Shown here piece by piece: positions 54,539-64,000 of a stretch of 64,000 nucleotides of DNA. Made by a program: the position numbers and the translations under genes. This DNA comes from Pecten maximus (Eukaryota). The stretch is taken from assembly GCF_902652985.1 (NCBI RefSeq), contig NC_047023.1, forward strand, positions 12,710,001 to 12,774,000. The letters run 5' to 3'. The notes under the pieces are model-generated. The model had not been told where the DNA came from. It saw only the letters and a list, made by a program, of their open reading frames with translations, and ran no database searches. How positions within the stretch are numbered: the stretch's first letter is position 1; each line of letters begins with the position of its first letter.

Positions 54539-55255
54539 TCATCGCATGCAGTTCAGTTCCATGCTGTTTTGACTACTAGCGTTCCACTTGTATTTTATCG
54601 ACGGTTGGTAAATAGCCTTGGAGTCGCCCACGTAGTCAGAGCGAGTGCTTGCTGTTGAATAAACGGTCCGGGTTGTCGAATTCCCAATGGTGTCTGAACT
54701 TGATCTCTTTCGGTCACGAGAGTAGCGTCCATTGCAGTTAAACAATAAAAAGACATATGGATTAGCTGCTGAGTTTGCGGCTGCTAGCCCGCCAATGATT
54801 CCGTACACAAGGTCTGATATGATACAGTGGTCACCATAGGACATAATCATTTCGGCGATAAAGTATGGAATTCCACACACGAGAAACACTACCACAATGA
54901 CAAAGGTCATTTTCAATGTCTTGATCTTTGCCTTTGGTAAGGAATTCGAGTTTGTGCTTTGAAGATGTATCTTCCCAGGTTTGATTGAATGTCGTTTAGA
55001 TGTTTGGCTCTCCTTTGCTTTTCTTGCTATCTTAAGAAAGATACTAGTGTAACAGAAAATAAGGAGACATATAGGGATAAGAAAGACAACGACAGCAGCA
55101 TAAGTTAAAAACGCCTTCCTGTGAGACCTAGGGAGATCTCTGAATATGTTTTCACACTTCTGAACACCGTCAACGACGTTTGTTCTGAAAACGTACAGCA
55201 TCGGCAAGGACCCTAAGGCAGCAACTGCCCAGCCAGCGCCAGCCATCTTCCATAC
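54539..55255 (-). CDS. Last coding exon (TM4-TM7 + C-tail) of a rhodopsin-class neuropeptide GPCR, vasopressin/oxytocin-CCAP/NPS-GnRH superfamily
   Basis: TM4 W...SLP, ECL2 Cys, TM5 FLIP...FCYTSI, LPKAKIKTLKMTFVIV signature, TM7 NSAANP; acceptor TTTTTTTAATTACAG| at 55256/55255 (phase 0, VWKMAG...). TM1-3 exons not found in the window. Confidence 0.93.
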   Translation of the reverse strand, partial: VWKMAGAGWAVAALGSLPMLYVFRTNVVDGVQKCENIFRDLPRSHRKAFLTYAAVVVFLIPICLLIFCYTSIFLKIARKAKESQTSKRHSIKPGKIHLQSTNSNSLPKAKIKTLKMTFVIVVVFLVCGIPYFIAEMIMSYGDHCIISDLVYGIIGGLAAANSAANPYVFLLFNCNGRYSRDRKRSSSDTIGNSTTRTVYSTASTRSDYVGDSKAIYQPSIKYKWNASSQNSMELNCMR

Positions 55256-55499
55256 CTGTAATTAAAAAAATGTACAGGGTTATATTATGCAAGTGTAATA
55301 TAAAATAAATAAATTTGTAGTTTGAATTTCGTTCTAGGAAAAGTATATTCAATTAACAATCTTATTTAAATTAGACATGTAATTTCCGCTCCTATTCGAT
55401 GCACTGAAAAAGTCAAATCAAGTCAAATATTTGCATGGAAACACCTGAAAAAGTACAAAGAGAAGTAGGCCTATCTCCAGGATTGTTTTCTTAAATACA

Positions 55500-55907
55500 C
55501 GCTGGTATATACATAATTATCAAGTCTACGTCTTAAACGTCTAGATAAGGATATAAATGCCATGAAAATGGTTAAATCAAGGACATGAATGCATTTTCCT
55601 TACTCCAGTGTATAATGACTACCTCAGTGATGTTAGGGAAAGTATGGATGAAAACTGTAAGTGATGTTATTTAGACAATATTCAACAATTAGAACGAAAA
55701 ACTGTGTAAATGCCGTAAAGATAGTCGGATAAAAAATGATAAGCCCAAATGCCTAATATCAGTGTTTTAGCATAGATTTGAATAAAAATGTAGGAATTGT
55801 CAAAACAAAATCATGATAGACACTGGTGGACTATCAAACGGATGGACGGACGGACAAATTGAAACCCTATTCCAGTATACCATCTAACTTTGTTGTGAAG
55901 TATAATA
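55500..55907 (+). mobile_element. Helentron-associated (HINE-like) element in the GPCR intron
   Basis: (GGAC)n microsatellite at ~55838-55856 followed by CCAGTATACC...TTTGTTG...GTATAA end; GCTGGTATA near the 5' side as its inverted partner. Confidence 0.5.
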
Positions 55908-57602
55908 AGACATGGGTTCCAAAGTGGTAAGCGTCTTCTGCTTCATATCAGTATAAATCTTCATAGATTTCAGGTAACATGTAAGTAACGTCATCATGTT
56001 GTGGTGATGACTTGGACATATCATCGAGCAAACAACATTTCTTAATTTGATTATTGTTTTCCTCTTTCAACAATACCCGCCACCACATTTAGCATTATTC
56101 CTTATTGTTTTTACATTCTTATATGCTTTCAAATATGATAAACACAGTAAACGAATCTGTTTGATTTAAAAAAGCTAAGGAATCACATTTACTCAATATA
56201 GCTAGGACGTAGAAGACTGTCCTAAGTTTAAGTTGTTTTGGTGTCCCCGGTTTGACTAGAAATCACGAGCATTAAAAAGGATTGTTTTGCTATCTCCCGA
56301 CAACAATGAGTGGAGGAATACAGAAGCTAGAAAAACCCAGAATATTTAAGGATAGATAATATATAATAACACTATCAGTCAAATGATAATGATTCAGACC
56401 ATGTACAGTGTTGCATGCTAACAGGTACTATATCATACGCATCTAGGAAGGTTTTCACATAAATGTATTCAGAAGCAATTTAATGGATATCACTTTCTAG
56501 GATGTAATCCAACGATTCACGTATAAACTGTCCTGATAAAAATTACCCGCAGAATCGCGTGTCAATGGAAAAAAAGAGATGCTGAGCTTTCAATGTTCCC
56601 ACTAACACAAGTTATATCTTAATTTAGAGATTTAAGACACCACGCTCCTGATCGTTCTATCAAAATGTCAGTGGACCAGACAGTTTTAAATTTTTTTTTC
56701 GTATTTTTTTTCCATTTGAGTTGATAAAAGGAAAGTGGACATGACATAGCACCAACGATTCTTATGAAAAAAAAAAATTGTCTGTGACGCCTTTGCGGAA
56801 CTCATGTAAGATCTAGGATGGATGAGTTAAATTACCCCCCGTTTATCAATCAATAATACATTCTTTTTCTTATGCAACATCTATTGTTTTGTAAATTTTT
56901 ATAATTTGTAATCGAACAATATATATACATGTATATACTCCAGTGATAACAAACAATAGCAATCAACAAGGTAGAATTTTGTCGCGTAATGCTAATAATA
57001 GTAACAGATTTCCGTTGAGAATACAATGGATTTAACAAAGCTAAAAACGTATAAGAACTAATTCAACTTTACAGATAAATGTGACACCAACTTCAAAATA
57101 CAACCCATGACGCAAATCCATGTAACTTAGGATGAAAAAATTTCAATATGATTATCCAAATAATTACCATAGAATCGCATAATATAATTATGATGATATG
57201 TAACATAACGTCTGACTGATGAAAGTAGGAAGTAAAATATTCCAACAATTCGTCGCCACTGTCTTAAGAAGCTGTCTGTGCCAATAAGAAGATTTTCTAT
57301 AGAGCTTTTGTTTTACTTTTGCGATAAAAGTAATGTCCCTAATGTTCAAACATAGTAACATAGACGATTTTCAGCTTACGTTGGACATTAAGAACACCTG
57401 ATTTATAATACAGATGATCCGTCAAGTAACGGGGTGATAACGGTTTGGCATTGTCTATGTGATAACATTATCTGATGACCTTCAAATGACCGTAATTATG
57501 CTTATTTGAGTCCATATCCCAGTTGAGCCATTGACCAAAACCCAAAACGAGAGAGCCATTCCAAATCAAATAAGAAAGCATGAATATTTTAGATATTTTC
57601 CC

Positions 57603-57619
57603 AGGTCATATGAAGGTCA
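57603..57619 (+). promoter_or_regulatory. Perfect DR5 nuclear-receptor element AGGTCA-TATGA-AGGTCA
   Basis: Motif match; an inverted near-copy at 57476-57492. Confidence 0.25.
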
Positions 57620-58654
57620 TATGACAACATAAAATTAGTTTGATTTAACATTATATCAGCTCAGATGTCAACCATTTGGAAACTTGTCCCTGCACGAGGA
57701 TATCATGTGACAAACATGTTTAATATATACTATGATTACGTCTGCAAGAAAAAATCTTGCATTATTGAACATTTTCTTCCATGTTCTCTGGATTTTCTTA
57801 ACAATGTACTATTCCGTGTAAGGAAATTGCGGTGTACACCCTTAATGGCCATTTACTAATAGCAGGCTAAGCAGTCATAGCCTGTTTCCTTGGTGATGCT
57901 TTCTTACTAATGACGTATACGTATAACGATACATGCTATCTGTAAAATGAAGTCGAGGCCAATTATCCGATATATACTTTAGTCTAATGTCAAAGGAGTT
58001 TGATTATCGAACTGAACGTTGTCCTGCAATGACCAGGCTCGAATGACTGATTTGCGGATGTGGTTCGCGAGTGCATAGTTGAATAATCATAATTATCACA
58101 ACGAGAGTATTTCAATGCAATCAAACATTTGGAGTTGTTTATGTGCACAATTTTAATGACCTTTCAGACGGCTCTTGACGATCAACTTGCATTTGTTATG
58201 TCTTTTTCAAAACCTACTTAATAATGCAGCAGGAAATCAATTATTGTATTGACAGTGTTATGTATGGAAGCCGAAAAAAAATGGTTAGATCAATGAACAC
58301 AATCTCTTGCTCGTAGTAACGCTTTTAAATTTCGTAATAAATACTTTCAAAATCGCCATAACAATTTTAAATCTCGTTAAAATAACTTTTAATATCGTAT
58401 TACAATAAATGTCGTTATTACTTGAGGGAAAAGTGAATGTTTACATTGAACCTGTAACATTGTATGTTACCTTCAACAACTTCACAGTCATGTCGTGTGA
58501 AAGGGGCGACGATATGAGAGGCAATAACTCATCTTAGACTACAGGGCGCAAGTGCCCAATCTTGATTCGTCACAACACAATCCATCAATAGCTCATATAT
58601 TATGATATTGCATAAGAACATTTTATTTACCCCCAACTAATTGACACCGCGAAA

Positions 58655-59352
58655 TACTGAAAGTCTCCTTCATGTGTGACACTTATTGTCTCCTACCAGG
58701 CGACGCTTACTGTCTCCTAAATAGAAGACACTTACTGTCTCCTATATATGGGACAATTACTGTCTCCTTCATAGTGGGCACTTACTGCTCCTAAATAGGG
58801 GGCACTTAATGACTCTTTAACAGAGGACACTTACTGTCTCGTTCATTGGGGACACTTACTGTCCCGTACATAGGGGATATTTACTGTCTCCTAAATATGG
58901 GGCACTTGCTGGCTCCTACACAGTGAACACTTTGTCTCCTAAATTTGGGACACTTATTGTTTTTTACAAGGGAGACACTTACTCTCTCCTAAATATGGCC
59001 ACTTACTGTTTCCTTCATAGTTGACCCCTACTGTCTCCTAAATAGGGGGCAATTAATGATTCCTTAATAAGGGACACTCCTGTCTCGTACATTGGGGATA
59101 CTTATTATCTCGTGCATAGAGGACACCTACTGTCTCATACATATGGAACACTTATTATCTCATACATAGGGTATAATAACTCCTTCATAGGGAAAACGTA
59201 CTGTCTCCTACATAGGGACACTGCTAGTCGCTTACACAGGGAACACTTACTGTCTCGTACATAGGGGCACTGCTAGTCTCCTTCATAGGGAACACATATT
59301 GTTTCCTAAATAGGGGACAGTGATTTTCTCGTACGTAGGGGACAATGACTGT
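58655..59352. repeat. Degenerate 25-bp tandem array (about GGGGACACTTACTGTCTCCTAMATA), ~27 copies
   Basis: Visible periodicity; each unit is a GG(G/A)GACA-CTTAC-TGTCTCC hairpin. Confidence 0.9.
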
Positions 59353-61039
59353 ATTATGAGATACAAAACAGACAAGCATTTATATAATCTCACCATAATA
59401 ACATACGAGTTGTTAATCTTTCCTTTCTTGTCTACTGACTTATAAACAGTGTTTGAAGTTAAATCAATAGAATTTGCTTGATGCAGTTTCTTTATCATGA
59501 TACTTTGCTATCAATGTGAATCGACCTTTTCTTTAAATTATGGTTCCTTTTATTGTTCTATTCATTGTTGGAGTATATTGGCATTGTTTGGCCAGAAATG
59601 TCTCATGCTGACATTCTCTAAACAATACATAAAGGACCATACATAAATTGTTTTCATGTCCATTCTCTAGTCTGTATATCTATCGCATAGAAGGTCCAGA
59701 TAATCAGTTAAGTGCTGACCAATATTGTGTAACAGGAGCAAAATGAATAAAAGATGTGGGAATATGTTTTACATAACAAAAATACCAAGGGTCACATATG
59801 CCAGATGCTACTTTCCATTCCTCATATTGCATCAGCTAACTGAATGGCCGGAATGAATCTCCTTGATTTGTATTCCGAAAGGAAGACAGACATTCAGGGA
59901 GTATCAGATTAAGTATAAGTGTGATTGCCTATTATTATAATAGAATATTATCAATTATGTATGTTCTTATTATATTCACAATTACATACCCAGATAATTT
60001 ACTGCAAATTAGCAATCAAAATTGAAATGCTGCTAAATCAGGTGGATATACTGACGTTATCATGTAATGCGACAACAATGGATGTTTGTCTACATTGTTA
60101 TCGATTGACAATACATCATGGATCAAAGATGTTATGAATAAGTGTGATCCAATCCAATACGGTTATAAGCAAGTTGCACTTCAATGAGACTGAGAAAATT
60201 AGGGGACTCTCTGAACATGATTTAAGTTATATCCTGTGCATCTGTGTGTTCCAATATGTTATGGTTATGACGCAAGTTGCAATTAACCCAGAATGAGAAA
60301 GTTAAATGTACAAGCAGAGGGAAGTAATTCTTATTAATATCTTAATATGGTGCACAGTATATCACATATATACAAAATGTATGTCTTAATGATAAAACAT
60401 GCAATGTTTGAAATATTTTATCTGCTGTTAAACAGCTCAGCTACGTGTGGCAAGAAAACCTTATAATACACATTTATTATGCTTATGAAACTATAATGAT
60501 AACTATTATTGCAAATGTATATTCCATGTATTTCATATCATTTGAGTAAGATTTGATTATTTGATAAAATGTATCTTGAACATTATCATCAAATAACACA
60601 TATCAACATTAAGTAAAGAAACGAAACAAACGACCTCCCATCACTCTCATACTTCACAAAATATATAGAAATATACCACCGAAAGGCGACCGGTTAAATG
60701 GAAGGATAGGACATCAGCAGAACATTTATGTTATTACAATGTGGCATTAAAAGCATATCGTAAAGTACATCATTTTACGAGCTGATATTTCGTGTTAGTT
60801 AATTAACTCCGTATCATATTACCATTGCTCTAGTTAATTTTAGTGACATTTTGATTCATATTGTCACACTAAGCAGTCAACAAATGCACTGTAACGACAT
60901 TATTACTTAAATTATTGTGTTCAGAAATCGATCGGAAATGCAATGCTTTTAGTTGAAAACGTGCCTCTATTATAGATGTGGTTGTATATCCATATCTTTA
61001 CAGGGCACGTCACGAGCGATAACATCAAAATACACTAAG

Positions 61040-61096
61040 CACAACAACAACAACAACAACAACAACAACACCGACGACAACGACGACGACGACGAC
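61040..61096. repeat. Compound (CAA)n(CGA)n microsatellite
   Basis: Seen directly. Confidence 0.9.
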
Positions 61097-62189
61097 ACAT
61101 ACTGACATCAATGTAATTTATCATAATATTGGGAAATCTAGCTAGGGAAAAAGTTTGTGAATGGTGTATGATTATATAATGATGTGTTTTTAATGAAATG
61201 CTTTGTAAAGAGATATTTCTGATTTTTGTTGTTATTTTTAACTGTTATCATTGATTGATTGTTAATGAACATAACATATTTTTGTTTGGTTCTCATACAT
61301 AATATATAGAGGCATTGTATTAAAAATTCTTATGTTTTGCGCAGTTGTAAAACTGAATATTGCAAGCAAAATGTCATAGAAACATTATGTTTCAATAAGC
61401 GGCAAGGTGCTTTTTAAATTAATTCTTGCATTCTAGATCCCGAATCCAACTGTGCCCGTTTCCTGGAAAATGACTTTAATTTCCGAATCGCTATAATGTT
61501 CTTTACTTCGATGATATCTTCTTTGCTTTTAAATTCAATCATAAATGTTCACTGCTGACAGATATATGTACACAGTTGTGTTTCAGGAAGTGAAGGATGA
61601 TAAGGACAAAGGAGTTTTATTATCTCGTTTGCAGACATTCTATTTCATTGTGCGATAGAAAGGTCGACGTATATGATGATTTCGTTGGCATTAACGTTGT
61701 TTTCATTTCAGGAGTGGCACACTGTTTTGCTTTGGCACCAATTAATGTGGCTGATGCTGTAGTTACGATGTTCTGTTCCAACGGTTAACGGTTTGTTCAG
61801 TATAATATAGGTCCTATCTCCGCAATTTGGTCATTTTAGGAATGATGGGGTAATTAACGGAGGCATTTTCATCGTCATTACACTAAAATGACACAGGGAT
61901 GTACGGTAGTTTAACACGCCACCCAGTCATATTATACTGGAAACTAGCATTTCAGTCTAACTCTTTGCCAACAAAGCAGACTTTAAGCACAGAACATCAC
62001 ATAGATGAGACTTTGATTTGTCTGCGTATACAGAAAACAGTGACAAAGAACACAAAAGTCCAAAGTGAAGCAAAGTTAAAGAAGGTATTGGGAAAATGAA
62101 TGGAAAGAAGGGATACTATTCAATCGCGCCTTTTGAATCATGCATTTGGACAACTTGTGCAGCTCTTAGGCCGACTGTCTCTTCCCAAT

Positions 62190-62492
62190 TATTTTTTTTG
62201 TGTACAGAAACATTTCTTTGTTTTCATTTTGTCGAATTTGAGTTATCAATATTGTTTTGTATTCAGGGGTTTAACGTCCTCGCAACAGCCAGGGTCATAT
62301 GAGGACGGTACCAGGGAGACACCAACAGCCAGGTTCATATGCGGACGGGTGCCAAGGAGATAACAACAGCCAGGGTCATATGAGGACGGGCTGTTGGTGT
62401 CTCCCTGGTACCGTCCTCATATGACCCTGGCTGTTGCGAGGAAAATTCGACAAAATAAAAACAAAGAAATGTTTCTGTACACAAAAAAAATA
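62190..62492. repeat. Near-perfect inverted duplication enclosing tandem copies of a retroposon-tail-like 41-bp unit
   Basis: 62190-62239 mirrors 62443-62492 (1 mismatch); 62277-62330 mirrors 62389-62442 (54/54). Confidence 0.93.
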
Positions 62493-62760
62493 TCCAACTC
62501 CTGCATTGGTTTGAGTAATTAAAATGATTTTACTGAATGCATTCTCGTCTAGTGCCGTAAGACATTTTTTTTTACATTTCCTGTTTTCCTGTCTGTCTAA
62601 CAAACAGAGACTCAAATTAGTTCTCAGTTATACAGTGTTGAATCATGCGATGTCGAAAGTTTGTCTGGAAAATATCAGAACAGTTCAAATGTTAGATTGT
62701 GTCACATAGAAAATGCCTTGACCAATTAAAACGCGAAGACATCTAAACAAAACGAATTCT

Positions 62761-62953
62761 ATATAGGCATATGCCTGTTGTTAAATCCTTTTCTCTGTTG
62801 AATAAAATTTTGTGAAATTGAAAACAAATCGAATTCCAAAGTACTGTATGGCAATTGTATTTCGAGGGGTTTTATTTTCATTTCATTTCAACAAATTTTA
62901 TTGCTATAAAACAAATTGATTGGACAACAGGCAAGCCTATATAAGTCCTCTCC
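62761..62953. mobile_element. Two short LINE-like 3' tails in tail-to-tail orientation
   Basis: Plus strand ATATAGGCATATGCCTGTTGTTAAATC...AATAAA; minus strand ATATAGGCTTGCCTGTTGTCCAATC...AATAAA...(TGAAA)n. Confidence 0.5.
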
Positions 62954-64000
62954 AATTTTATTTTCGTTCCATTAGCCTTTTCACTAATATCCGCGAGTTC
63001 AAGACACCGGCGAAATATTTACAAAAGCACGGACGTTTTGGAGCAGTATAATATCCTTACTCTGTGAACATGTATTACTCAACAACATAACAAAACAAAA
63101 ATGGGAAATATAACTTGGGGTGTGAAATATAGTCTGATATTAGTCCGATAAAAGATAGATATATAAACAATACATCAGTGTTTAAATCATATGTCAAGAG
63201 TCAAGAGACCTGGTGTAAATATAGTGCTGATTTATAGTGTTGATTACTAGACAACAGTCTGTCTAGTAAAAACAATACCAAACTATCCAAATCATACATG
63301 TTCTAAAAATACACCTGGCAGAATGCACATATCAATTAATTGATTACACCTCACACTGATAACGTTCATGTATGATAATATCAGTCAAATATACAGATCG
63401 TATCAAGACAAAACGAGGTTATATAGACAGATAATGCATTCGTTATCCGCCAATCAAATAATTGCCACCAGACATGAACAGTAATAAGTGCATTTAAAGG
63501 TAAAAGAGAAAAGTCATAAACAATTTGTTTTTTATCATGAACATTGTTGCGTCGTATTAAATGTCAGTTGCTTACACAATACAGCCGATGATTATCAGAA
63601 ATTCTCATTATCTTTAAGAAGAAAAAAAATATATAATAAAGGAAAATGATTTGATATTCATCTAATGACATAAGCAGGAGAAATCATTAATTTACATCAT
63701 TATAGAAGAAAGCATAATTTATTATGATTCCTAGATATATACGCCCAGTGTAATTTACGTGGATCTAACTATAAACCAAACTTTAGGTAAAGAATGAGAA
63801 TTATCACCTGGATATGTAATACATTTCTCAATAAAAACACAAACCCTAATACCATCTGGGTTTTTAATACGAAAATCATATTTATGGCAAGTATTTACAT
63901 CTTGAGATAAAGAAATTTCCATTCCCGCTCTTTGAAAATAAAATAAAACCATAAATAAATATTTTGTCTAATAACTTCTTCGGTCCCCTAATCATATTTA

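Noticed and set aside
61597-61788. Possible upstream GPCR exon
   Set aside because: The listed ORF is on the wrong strand; minus-strand frames have stops and no TM1-3 or DRY motifs.
62096-62615. Mirror-image ORFs sharing YFFCVQKHFFVFILSN
   Set aside because: A consequence of the inverted duplication, not paralogous genes.

Overview
AT-rich eukaryotic DNA with spliced genes, most likely from a bivalve mollusc (inferred from the coiled-coil C1qDC gene, V-domain SINEs and Helentron-type repeats). Three protein-coding loci are supported. (1) A + strand locus at about 5.6-7.7 kb encodes a CARD-like death fold, a TPR-like helical region and an acidic tail, broken across four reading frames; it is probably a young pseudogene or an assembly artefact, with recoding not excluded. 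(2) A two-exon - strand secreted C1q-domain gene at 10945-12941 has an 18-residue-repeat coiled coil and two in-phase splice donors. (3) The last coding exon (TM4 to C-tail) of a vasopressin/CCAP/GnRH-superfamily GPCR lies at 54539-55255 (-), with both CWxP and NPxxY altered; its earlier exons were not found. About 41 kb between C1q and the GPCR has no recognisable CDS. The rest is tandem arrays (19, 20, 29, 32, 17-18, 70 and 25 bp units), MITEs, SINEs, a Harbinger relic and foldbacks. The most unusual items are a ~300-bp LTR mini-retrotransposon with a tRNA-like cloverleaf inside each LTR (about 28775-29078), the CARD-TPR architecture lacking an NTPase domain, and an intronic hairpin array carrying GTAAGT in its loops. 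All calls are by eye; no database searches were run.
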